Positions 50,858 to 62,256 of a stretch of DNA of 64,000 nucleotides are shown here, piece after piece. Positions within the stretch are counted from its first letter, which is position 1. Every line of letters starts with the position of its first letter. The position numbers were made by a program, and so were the translations under genes. Source of the stretch: Takakia lepidozioides (lineage: Eukaryota; Plantae; Bryophyta). The stretch lies in the NCBI GenBank assembly GCA_030704615.1, contig CM060731.1, positions 87,172,001 to 87,236,000 of the forward strand. The letters run 5' to 3'. The notes under the pieces are model-generated. The model saw nothing but the letters and a program-made list of their open reading frames with translations, had not been told where the DNA came from and did no database searches.

Positions 50858-52640
50858 GAAAATACGGCGCCGCATTTCCGTATTGCATCTTGGTCATGCA
50901 CCAGAGCGACGGAAATGCGGCACCGAGTTTCCGTCCGGGGGAAACCTTTATACTCTCCAGAACGGAAATGCGGTAACGCATTTCCATCCAGCAAGCGCGG
51001 TATGTGAAGGTCGAACGGAAATGCGGTACCGCATTTCCGTTCTGATTGAGATTTATGAACAACGGGAACAGAAATGCGGCACCGCATTTCCGTCCGAGTC
51101 GCACTTTTCCGACATTTCAGAACGGAAAAGCGCCGCCGCATTTCCATTTTGTATCTGATGCATGGAGCTGAGGGATTGAAATGCTGCACACATTTCCGTC
51201 CTTAAAAGACATTCATACTCTCCAGAACGGAAATGCGGTACCGCATTTTCATTCCACAAGCACGGTATGTGAAGGTGGAACGTAAATGCGGTACCGCATT
51301 TCCGTTCTGATTGAGATTTACGAACAACGGGAACAGAAATGCGGCACCGCATTTCCGTCCGAGTCGCACTTTTCGACATTCCAGAACGGAAATGCGGCGC
51401 CGCATTTCCATTTTGTATCTGATGCATGGAGCCGAGTGCGATTCCGACAGCTTCATACAGCGCAATTCCGGCCGCTTGAGACATTCATACTATCCAGAAC
51501 GGAAATGCGGCAACGCATTTCCGTTCTGACTGAAAATCGTGAACCATCTGAACTAAAATGCGGCACCGTATTTCCATCCGAGTCGCACCTACCAACATTT
51601 CAGAACGGAAATGCGGTACCGCATTTCCGTTCTGACTGAAAATCGTGAACCGTCGGAACTGAAATGCGGCAACGCATTTCCATCCGAGTCGCACCTCCCA
51701 ACATTCCAGAACGGAATGTATTAGATTCAAAAGGGAAATGCGGCACCGCATTTCCGTTCTGATGAAATATCCTGAAACCTCGGAACTGAAATGCGGTACC
51801 GCATTTCCGTGGGAGTCGCACCTTCCGACATTCCAAACGGAAATGCGCGCCGCATTTCCGTTTTGTATGTGAGGCATGGAGCTGTGGAACGAAAATGCGG
51901 CACGGAATTCCGCCAGCGTCAGACGTTAATACTCTACAGAACGGAAATGCGGTACCGCATTTCCATTCTGACTGAAAATCATGCGCAACGGGAACAGAAA
52001 TCCGGCACCGCATTTCCGTTCGAGTCGCACCTTCCGACATTCTAGAACGGAAATGCGGCGCCGCATTTCCGTTTTGTATATTGGGCCTGGAGCTGTGCTA
52101 CGAAATGTGTACCCGCATTTCCATCCATGTGAGACCTTCAAACTTTCCGGACCGGAAATGCGGCACCGCATTTCTGTCCAGGTGATACCTCTATACTTTC
52201 CCGAACGGAAATGTGGCACGGCATTTCCATTCATCATCTAAAGGATGTGAAGTGGGAACGGAAATGCCCCGCACCGCATTTCCGTTCACATTGAAAATCA
52301 TGAACCACGGGAACTGAAATGTTGTGCCTCATTCCCGTCCCAATCGCACCTTTCGACATTCCAGAACGGAAATGCGGCGCCGCATTTCCCTTTTGAATCT
52401 CATACTTGGAGCTGTGGGACGGAAATGCGGCACCGTATTTCCGTTCAACAACTAAGGTATGTGAAGGTGGAACGGAAATGCGGTGCCGCATTTTCTTCCA
52501 ACAAGTACGGATGTGTAGCAGAGTGATCGTACTTAACGGAAATGCGGCGCCGCATTCGCATTTTCGCTCCAACTGATCAGACGCTGGGACGGAAATACCT
52601 TGAAATGTGAACACGTGAGCAACGGAATTGCTGCACATGT
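50858..52640. repeat. Array of ~33 palindromes GGAAATGCGG-NN-CCGCATTTCC at 53-bp period
   Basis: Starts at 51229, 51282, 51335, 51388, etc. About 5 recurring ~30-bp spacer types in higher-order arrangement. Confidence 0.95.
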
Positions 52641-52991
52641 CGGCACTCTATCTGACTGAAGGGGCATGAGGCGGCGCGGCCTGACCGTTCGATAATGATG
52701 TTTGTTTTCGGACGGCAGGCGTACCCTCAACGATTCGAATTTCGTAATGACGCAAACTCCCCGAGGAGACACTTTCGTCCAACCCTTCGAACCCAAGTGG
52801 TGCATCACCGCCGTTTCATCTACTTTTGTCGTGTCTCCTCAGTCACCCTCTCGCGCCCTTTCCATCTGCACTCTTTGGCCCTTTTCCCTCTCTCTGTTCT
52901 TCTTATGCTCGAACCTGAGAGGGGGGGAGTTCGTGCACCAGCCAGGAGACCTCGTCGCAAGCTCCGGAAATTATACTTCGGACGTAGGCCA

Positions 52992-54046
52992 ATGCCGAAG
53001 GGGAGGAAGCAGATGCGTCTACAGGAGGAGATTGCCACTCTCCGAGCAGCAGGCCACTCAGGCAACCCACCACCAGTGAGAGCTCCATGCGATCGGGCTG
53101 CGCGCAGCTGATCGAGCACCGAACCCCCCATTTTGCTTCTGTAATTCTTAGACTGAATGCTAGGAGACTTGAATGCAAACATGTTTGCATGCCTAACAGG
53201 AAAGGTGGACGTGCTGGAGGGATCGCAGGAATCCGAAAGCCGCAGGAAGAGTCCGAGGAGCTAGCTCAGCACGTACACCCACCCGATCCCCGAGCGCGGG
53301 TATTCCTGTTCCTGCCGGGCTAGCCCTCTGCGATTCAAGACGCGTCTTCGAAGGGCAAGTTCAAAGTCCCAGAGATCGACTCGCGTTCTTCGGTCATGGA
53401 GAATCGCCAGCAGGGGTCGGGCCCTTCTCCAGCAAAGTCGAAGAAGAAGCAGCCCGTCCCTCTACTACTGGCTTCTGAACCGGCTCAGGCCGATTCACCC
53501 CCCCCAAACGCGAATGAAGCAGCAGGGTAGAAGACAGATTCAATTGCAGCAGCAGACACCTTCACCTGCAAGGATTAGGAAGCAGAAGGCAATCAGGGCG
53601 ATGGGGACGAACAATCTCCCGCAAAACCGCTTCCACGAGCTGAAGCTCAGTTCCTGGAGGATTTCCCCGCCTGCAGATGTTGGGGCCGACTCTGCTGCAG
53701 CTCAGGCAATGGGGATCGACCGTTGATCTCGATTTGGTACCGGAGAGGGTGCTGCCGCTCAACTTTCGCAGCAGACCTCACCACCGATGAGCAAGCAGGG
53801 CCCGTAGGAGGCCTCTGCAATGGCAGAATTGCCCGCACAACAGGCCCCAGAGTGCCAGCTCCAGTTGAGGATGCGCTCCCGCTGCTCGCCACTACCACCC
53901 CCAGCCGGACCTACAACATACATGTCTCCGGAGGATTTCAAAAGTGCAGCGGATAAATGTTGGAGGAGACACACATTAGCATTGGCCGAGTTCTGGGCCA
54001 GGCGGGTATTCCAGCGGATCTCTCGAATCCCACTCTGTCGCATGGT
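52992..54046 (+). CDS. Unidentified, probably spliced/frameshifted gene divergent from the GCM transposase; runs into the gap
   Basis: MPKGRKQMRLQEEIATL... followed by GC-rich coding-like segments; no recognised domain. Confidence 0.3.
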
Positions 54047-54546
54047 NNNNNNNNNNNNNNNNNNNNNNNNNNNNNNNNNNNNNNNNNNNNNNNNNNNNNN
54101 NNNNNNNNNNNNNNNNNNNNNNNNNNNNNNNNNNNNNNNNNNNNNNNNNNNNNNNNNNNNNNNNNNNNNNNNNNNNNNNNNNNNNNNNNNNNNNNNNNNN
54201 NNNNNNNNNNNNNNNNNNNNNNNNNNNNNNNNNNNNNNNNNNNNNNNNNNNNNNNNNNNNNNNNNNNNNNNNNNNNNNNNNNNNNNNNNNNNNNNNNNNN
54301 NNNNNNNNNNNNNNNNNNNNNNNNNNNNNNNNNNNNNNNNNNNNNNNNNNNNNNNNNNNNNNNNNNNNNNNNNNNNNNNNNNNNNNNNNNNNNNNNNNNN
54401 NNNNNNNNNNNNNNNNNNNNNNNNNNNNNNNNNNNNNNNNNNNNNNNNNNNNNNNNNNNNNNNNNNNNNNNNNNNNNNNNNNNNNNNNNNNNNNNNNNNN
54501 NNNNNNNNNNNNNNNNNNNNNNNNNNNNNNNNNNNNNNNNNNNNNN
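54047..54546. other. Assembly gap (500 N)
   Basis: Run of N. Confidence 1.
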
Positions 54547-55946
54547 GACCTGTTGTTTTTTGTGGTGGATCTTCCCAAGTGGTGGCCCTGGAGCACTCCT
54601 TGCTTCTGGCCCCACGATATTCACAGTATTCCCCCCCAGCTTCATTGCAACTACTACTCACCCACACTCCCTGTCCCCCCAGAGCCAGATCCAGGCAGCC
54701 CGCCTGATCCCCCTGAGCCGACACCTTCGTTGGCTTGTGATCCAAGTGCTCCACTTGATCCAGGTCCAACGGGTTGGGATGTCCTGGTTGTAGTCTCAAC
54801 CTCAGCTGTTGGGTCTACTTCTTCATATTCTCCTCTTCTAATTTCTTCTCTCTGTTTTCATCTTCCAAGTTCTGCCCTTGGGTTTCTTCTTCACTCATGT
54901 AACTCAACTGTAATGGTGTTGGAGAGTCTGAAACTCTCCGTTGGCTCTGCCACATCCTCTTCTCCTTCTTCACCTTCATCTGCTTCAGAAACTGGAGTTC
55001 CTGCTTTTGGTGTTCCATGCCAACTCTTATCAAAGATTTCTGTCAAGTTTCTTTTATCCATGATGTACCTCAAATCTTTCACCTCGTGATTGATCTTCTT
55101 CCTGTACCAATTCCCTTAATCTTTCTTGCAAAGAAACAGAAGGAGTGGCATCCAACTCTAGTTCTTCCGGTATAGGTGATGCACTCTTTGATCTTAATGG
55201 TGTGAGAGGTCCAGATGATTCCCCCTATGTCTATCCTCTCTCCAAAGATATGGATAATTAGCTTTCAGATAGCTTTCTCTTTTTGCTGAATATCTCTGTC
55301 GTCTAGCTTCTCTTTCATCACTCATGTCCCATGTCTTTCATTCTTTAATGTGGCAATAACCAAAACTCTCTTCTGTAATATCTCTCGTATATGCCTGGGT
55401 TTCTTTCAAGCTTCAATGCACCCTTGGCTATACTTGAAGTCTCCGTTACCAATATACCATATGGCAAACACCTGAAAAGCTGTTCTTGGTGTGAGTTTGA
55501 TCCACAAAATATCCTTTGGAATCCAATTCTTTACCAGTACAAGCTCTTCATGCATATGAGTATAACACACCTTTCTTTCCTTTCTTCTTCCCAGCCTTCA
55601 AACTCTACTCGTTTAATGGATAGCAATGCTATCACATAAACCAATGTTGGTAACCCAACGTGCTCTTCCCTCCTCTACAGGCTACCTGATAAATCTCTTA
55701 TCACTCCTCCTTTCTCCAAGACCCCATTCTGGATCAGCATCATGCACTCGTTTAAGAATATTTCTTTACAAACCGTCTGGCAATTCCAAGAACCTTTGAA
55801 AGAATTGTTGGACAATCTTTCTTCCTTCGTTCCACAGGGAATTTGATTCACTTCAAATTCTTTAATGGTCCAACCACCATGATCCCACCAGATGCCTGTC
55901 ACATCTGGTTGTTTCATGTCCCAGTTCCCCAGTATGGTCCGCCAAA

Positions 55947-56852
55947 TGTCGCGCGGCTTTTACTCACCCATCCCTTCGCTATTCGAGGCGGAAACTCCAA
56001 GATTGAAGAGTTGGAAATCTCTAAGTACTCAGCCCGCGCAGAACAATCAGTCATGACCTACAACTAGTGTATCATGGGGGTGGTTCCTATTTGTTTCCCT
56101 TTTGGTATTCATGTTAACTATCTTACCATTGATAATTAAGTATCAGTTTTGCTTTATCAATCTATTGGATTCCATCAGCTCATCCATTCATTTCACAGCT
56201 TCACTCGGATCTCTCTACACAGTGTGATTGTATCGTAAAAGTATCCGATTATGATTTATCAGGTATCAGGCCGAAGCCATTGTGTCTCTAATCTGCTCTA
56301 CAATATCATCATCTCTCATCTTCACTTTCGTTCTCATCTCTCTCTGCCCGATCCCTTCTCCTCTATCACCAAGAAGTCCTCCTCCGAATGATGTTCCTCA
56401 TTCCCCGTTTCTCCCTTATCTTCCTCTCCGCAGTTCTAACCATTTCCCTCACTAACCGTCGTCTGTGAACTAACATGTTCCCTTCGCAGGTGTTGTTCCC
56501 ACAGTCGTTTCCCTGTCCTACTCTTCGTTCCCTATGATCGTGACAGCTGTGTCAAGCTGTGACTGGCTGTGTGAAAACTGTGACGGGCTGTGACTGGCTT
56601 GCGACTGTGTTTTGGCTGGGTCGGCTGTGACGGGCTGTGTGGCTGTGCCGGGCTGTGTTCAGCGCTGTTCTGCGTGACGACTGTGGAGGCTGTGTGGGCT
56701 GTGTCGGCTGTGACGACTGTGACGGGCTGTGTAACCCCCTCTACAGTGCGCTGCTATCACCCCTAAGGCTCCTGTTGGGTCTCAGTCTGTGCAAAATTAC
56801 GGTACCCTACAGATCCCGTATAAGTGTCTAAGTTCCCGACAGTCCTCTAACA
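55947..56852 (-). repeat. 5' LTR
   Basis: Matches 41995-42882; followed by TSD AACCC. Confidence 0.93.
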
Positions 56853-57054
56853 AACCCCTGTGGTCTCTGAAAGCTGGGATTGTCCAAATTGGGGAGTAAC
56901 ATGCTCTGGCTTGCATGCTCAACACTTGGGCTAGGGTATGCCTTTTGCTTAAACCTCTGAGTAATACAATGGCATTTGGTTTCTGTACAAAGTGAACTCA
57001 GTAATCTGCCCTAATCTAGTCCCCAGTCTAATGTTGTTACCTTGTTATTTGCAG

Positions 57055-57325
57055 ATAATCATTGCGGATGAGGCACACTACTTGAAGAATGCACAGGCAA
57101 AGCGCACAAATGCTTGTGTGCCGCTTCTGTAGGTAAGAGCTACGTGCTCCTTGAGACAGATTTCCTGGTGCATACATGTGGTCACTGCAAGAAGGGTTCA
57201 GTCTAGTTTTTTCATCCACAAAATTGTGACTCCTAGTGGGTGGTGGTGATTTGCAGAGAGCAAAGTATGCCTTGCTTCTCACTGGGACACCAACATTGTC
57301 TCGGCCTATTGAATTATTCAAACAG
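57055..57325 (+). pseudogene. SMARCAL1: Two-exon fragment of a SMARCAL1/ZRANB3-type SNF2 helicase
   Basis: IIIADEAHYLKNAQAKRTNACVPLL* (57055-57132) | RAKYALLLTGTPTLSRPIELFKQ (57257-57325); intron retained, premature stop. Confidence 0.8.
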
Positions 57326-58544
57326 GTATTGCTCTGTCCAAAGTTCCCCTGGAATTATGCATAGAATTCCAAAACTCAGAAGAGAAGTCAATAGCAATTT
57401 CATCTGACACATTATAAAGCTGAGATATGTTAAAAGAACAATCCTCCAAGAAAAATGGAGGGTGAGAGAGAAGGTCGAGCAAATCCTACACCCATGCAAT
57501 AGCGGTTGTCATATTCCTTCACACTCTTATAGACGCCCTATTGAAGTGCTTCAAGTTGCACAGAAAAAAAAACCTTGTGTAAGAGGAAATGTCCTTCTTA
57601 CAGACTGATCACAATTAAAGACCAACCTAACATTGGAACCCTACAAAATACCAATACATATTGTTGAGGGTAAAATTAGTCTATCACATACAAGAAGCAG
57701 ACCTAAGAATGGGTCTTATATTGGGAGATGTAAAGTCGCTCAGATTCATGCTTATCTAGAGATTGGTTGAAAAATAAACTCACTTACTATATGTCTTGCA
57801 ACTCACACTAGTGTGTAAGTTTGCTCAGGTTTTCTCCTTTCACACTACGGTCGCAAGGTGTGGCTTTTTCTTAATGTACAATGTGAAGAAGTTTGTCTAT
57901 CCTGCAAAGGTGGGCTCTTGGCTCCGTTAGTACCATGATTTGGTATTCTTCCTGATGTTTACAAGGTTTTTGGGAGAGTGAGCTTGGTCTTAGCACCTGC
58001 CGCACAAGCAGCAAATTGCATGGGCCCTTCCAGTGGATTCATCATAATGACATGGCTCAGTGCAATGCGTTTCAATCTCTGCTTGCTCAGCTGCACCGTG
58101 GTGGTTCTCAGACCAATCCGACATTACCTGACTACAGACACAAGCAGCACACACAAGAGGTCCTTTGGATTGATGGTCGGTCAAATCCTCCATGGGTTAT
58201 GACACAAGGTCAAGGACAATGTGGTGAGGGCACCTTCTTCTTTGACCTATTTTCAGCCTGTTTTGCTCTCTCATCAGACTCGGCCCTGAGATGCATATTG
58301 AATTCTGTAAGTTAGCTCGTTGGGTGGATCTGTGTGGTTGGGGAGTGACTTTGACAAGTTACTGCCGATGTGGCAGCAGGAAAGTATCCAAAAACAGATA
58401 ACAGAGATGAGGAGAAGCTTTGGAATGAACACTTTTCTGACCCCAGTCAATGGTGGGACAATGGAGACAAAAGGTGAATGCGAGGGCCGGATTTCAAGCT
58501 CAAGATTACCTACGATTCCCTGTGGAAGGATAGCTACAAGAAAC

Positions 58545-59290
58545 CAGTGTTGTGCGGGTATTGATTTCAATATACCCTTAGGGTATAAGTAATTAATTTT
58601 TGTCAAATCATTTACCCTCCGGGTATGGATAAATTGAAATCTCAAAAAATTATTTACCCTCCGGGTATGGATAAATTAACTTTTCAGATTTCTATATAAC
58701 CCCCGGGTATGGATATATATGCCAAAATATACCCTGAGGGTATGAATAGTTTCCGGGTATGGATAGTTATTTCCATTAATATATAATTTAATGGTTTTAA
58801 AGAATATATTTATTATTATTATTATTATTATTTTTCAGAAAGGAAACCTGGGAGCGACTGCTCACAAGATGTTCTTCAATATGTACAAAAACAGAAAACT
58901 ATAAACTATAAATTTCAAAAATATATATATCTATGGTAGAAGAGAAAATTGATAAGATATTGCATAATATTTGATGTTAATTTCCAATGCAAGATGGAGG
59001 AGGTTTGAGATTAAAAAAAAAGCACATCGGTTGGTAGCTCAGCTGGTAAGTGCACAGTGTGTCTCACTTAGGTGGTTCGGGGTTCGAACCCGCTGCCCTG
59101 CCCTGATTGTTCGTGTGACGGTATGTTTGGGCATTGATCGTCCTGTAGGTCTCATGGCCCATAAATGAAAGGGGGTTAATCTTTCCCCCTCCTCAAGAGC
59201 CTGAATTGTGGGCTGTCGCTCCCAGATTTCCTTAAATAAATAAATAAATAAAAACCCCTCAAGGACCTAAATTGTGGGCTGTCAGGTTTC

Positions 59291-59338
<48 letters not shown>

Positions 59339-59735
59339 AGATCTGAAGAGGTATTGTTTGGGTTATATGACATTTAAGGAATGATATATATGTAACATTT
59401 GTTTTAGCTGTGATTGGAGCTTTCTTATAGCTCAAGGCTCCCTAACAACACACAAAAAAGAGAAAAGACCTAGCACATAAAGGCTATGAAGGCACATCAA
59501 GGCCCTTATATACCCTGATTAGATATACCCTTCATTTTAACGTATACCCTTCAGGAAAGTAGGGTATATTGAGCGTCTTGATGCAGGGTAAATATAGGAT
59601 AAGGGTATATCATAAAAATATACCCTGATATACATCCGGGTACCTAAACTTGCCACACCAGGGTATATATATATCAATATACCCTGATATACCCGGCGGG
59701 TATATCAGGGTAATTCATATACCCGCCCAACACTG
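58545..59735. mobile_element. Non-autonomous hAT element
   Basis: TIR CAGTGTTG(T/G)GCGGGTAT (16/17 match), 8-bp TSD CAAGAAAC (58537-58544 / 59736-59743), many subterminal GGGTAT/ATACCC motifs, (TA)n at ~59295-59335. Confidence 0.92.
59029..59210 (+). mobile_element. tRNA-like head / SINE-like sequence inside the hAT element
   Basis: A-box TAGCTCAGCTGG and B-box GGTTCGAACCC; no clean acceptor stem. Confidence 0.5.
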
Positions 59736-59816
59736 CAAGAAACCTACATGGGTAGATGGTTAACTGGAAGCCGCAGCAGCGGCGGCACAATTGATAAAAT
59801 CAGGCACTGCTAATCA

Positions 59817-62256
59817 AGGCACCTTCATCAACACATTTCACCCTGTTTTTCCTCTTATCAGAATCGGCCCTAAATTTTCATGTTGAATTTTGCAAATTAG
59901 CTGGCTGAGTGAACCTTTGATAGTTTGGAGTGACTTTGATGTGATAATGCCAGTGTGACAACAGGAAAGTATCCCAAAACAGGTAACAGAGATGAGGAGA
60001 AGCTGTTGAATGAATACTTTTCTGACCCCAGTCAATGGTGGGACAAACGAGGCACAAAGTCGAATGCCTGTTAGATTACAGAGAGTAGCAGACGCAATTC
60101 AGCATAGGATTGGGTGTTTCCTAGAACAAATCTAGGCTGTCATTGTCAGCTGCTAGCAGAAAGGCAAGGATGAATGCATGACTTGTGCAGAGGCATGGAT
60201 AGCTAAAGGAGTAGGGATAGAGTGTGGGTCCAGATTCATCCAAGAGGGCCAAATTTCAAGCACCAGATTACCTATGATTCCCTGTGGATCAATAGCTACA
60301 AGAAACCTGCATGGGTAGATGGTCAACTAAAGGCAGCAATTGCAGTGGCACAGTTGATAGAATCAGGCACCTCAACCATGACCACAGCTTCTGGAAGAGG
60401 ATCAAGAGAGGGAGTCCACAATGCCTCTTCTGGCACTTCTGGGCATGTGAAGATGCTTTGTGAGGCAGGCAGACTAACATAGGCTCTACAGACTTTAAAC
60501 CAAAGAGGCATTTCAGCAAATTCAGATACGTATGTCTGTCTCTTGCATAAGTGCATCAAGATGAAAGGCCTTGAAGCTGGAAAGCAGGTGCACACTCACA
60601 TTATCCATAGTGGATTCACGCCAAATGTTTTTCTACTCAACACCCTTGTCAACATGTATATTTAGTGCGGGAGCATCATGGATGCTCACCAAGTATTCAA
60701 CAGAATGCCTCAACGATCTACGTGGAATATAATGTTGGCAGGATTTACCAAGCATAGATGTGGTACAAATGCTTTGGAGACCTATGAGCAAATGATGCGC
60801 GAAGGGGTGAAGCCCAACTACATCACATTTGTTTGTGTTTGCAATGCGTGTGCAAGCCTGGGAGCCCTGGAAAAGGGGAAAGAGGTCCATGGTGACATCG
60901 TGGGTGCATTAAGGATGCAAAGGCAATTTTCAAAATATGGCTGAACGAGATGTGGTGTCGTGCAGCGCGATGCTTACAGGGTATGCACAGCAGAGATGTG
61001 GGGTGGAGGCTTTGGAGACCTATGAGCAAATGATGGAGGAAGGCCGGGTGAAGCCCAACCAGATCACGTTTTGCGATGCATGTGCAAGCCTGGGAGCCCT
61101 GGAAAAGGGGAAAGAGGTCCATGGTGACATCGTCGAAGCTGGAATTGTACTAGATGTCATTCTGAGCACTGCCCTGGTCGACATATATGCCAAATGTGGG
61201 TGCATTAAGGATGCAAAGGCAGTTTTCAACAATATGGCTGAATGAGATGTGGTGTCGTGGAACGTGATGCTTGCAAGGTATGCACAGCAGGGGCGCGGGA
61301 TGGAGGCTTTGGAGACCTAATGGTGGAAGGGGTGAAGCCCGACCACATCACGTTTGTGTGCGTTTGCAGTGCGTGTGCAAGCCTGGCAGCCCTGGAAAAG
61401 GGCAAAGAGGTGCATGGTTGCATCGCCAAAGCTGGAATTGTACCAGATGTGATTCTGAACAATACCCTCGTGGACATGTATGCAAAATGTGGGTGCATCG
61501 AGGATGCGGAGGGGGTATTCGACAATATGGCTGAACGAAATGTGGTGTCGTGAAACGCAGGATATGCCCAACATGGTTGTCATATGGAGGTCCTGCAACT
61601 ATTTGAAGGAATGCAAGAGAACGGCTTGAAGCAACAGAACGGCTTGCATGCAGCCACAGTGGCCTATGGAATGAAGACGCTACTTTGATTCCCTGAGTCA
61701 AGATCATGGTGTCACCCCGACAGTAAAGCACTTTGGCTGTATGGTGGACCTTCTTGGACATGCAGGACAACTGGATGAGGCAGTGGATCTGATTAATAAG
61801 GTGCCAGTCAATCCAGATGTTGTGGTTGGAAGGCCTTGCTTAATGCCTGCAGAATCCATGGCAATGTGGAGATGTCTGAACTTGCGGCAACATCTATCCT
61901 TAAGTGGGATGAACATGATGCCACGACTTATGTGTTGCTATCAAACATCTATGTTGCAGCTGGCAGGTGGGATGATACTGCAAAAGTGAGAAGAATGATG
62001 AAGGTCAGAGGGTTAGAAAGGAGCCAGGTCGCTGCTACATTGAGGTTGGCAACAGGGTGCACACCTTCGTTGTAGATGACAAGTTGCATCCCAGAATTAA
62101 GGAAATCCATGCTGAGCTAAGAATTAGATTGTCTGGGCAGATGTCGAAGGAGGCGGGGTATATGTCTGACACGCGCTTTGTATTGCATGATGTGGGGGGA
62201 GGAGGAAAGGGAATTTTCTCTTTGCCACCACAGTGAGAAGCTGGCCATTGGTTTTG
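59817..62256 (+). pseudogene. PDF-motif + PLS-PPR + E/E+ + truncated DYW deaminase pseudogene
   Basis: DPSQWWD..|IHPRGPNFKHQITYDSLWI..PAWVDGQL, then PLS repeats (LVDMYAKCG), MVDLLGHAG, LLSNIYVAAGRW, HTFVVDD.LHP and CHHSEKLAIGF, after which homology ends. Many stops and frameshifts. Confidence 0.92.

Larger units (their letters stand above)
41995..56852 (-). mobile_element. LTR retrotransposon (Ty3/Gypsy-like) carrying a nested DNA transposon
   Basis: LTRs 41995-42882 and 55947-56852 (TG...CA) with 5-bp TSD AACCC (41990-41994 / 56853-56857). PBS-like TGGCGGACCATACTGGGGA next to the 5' LTR and PPT GAGGGGGGAAGGGG at ~42886-42899 (minus). Degenerate gag-like coding at 54547-55900. Confidence 0.92.
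58040..59810 (+). pseudogene. 2xPDF-motif N-terminal fragment of the PDF-PPR gene, split by a hAT element
   Basis: PDF1 TNPTLPDYRHKQHTQEVLWIDGRSNPPWV; PDF2 EEKLWNEHFSDPSQWWDN..PDFKLKITYDSLW, resuming after 59735 with KKPTWVDG. Confidence 0.8.

Noticed and set aside
50560-52638. Many overlapping ORFs (RKCGTAFP / TEMRCRIS / GNAVPHF)
   Set aside because: Translation artefacts of the palindrome array.
50858-52640. True CRISPR array
   Set aside because: Eukaryotic context, no cas genes, and spacers are reused in higher-order units with similar ends.
53759-54799. Long ORFs spanning X runs
   Set aside because: Artefacts of the N gap.
59029-59100. Functional tRNA gene
   Set aside because: A/B boxes are present but I cannot fold a proper acceptor or anticodon stem; a SINE-like head is more likely.
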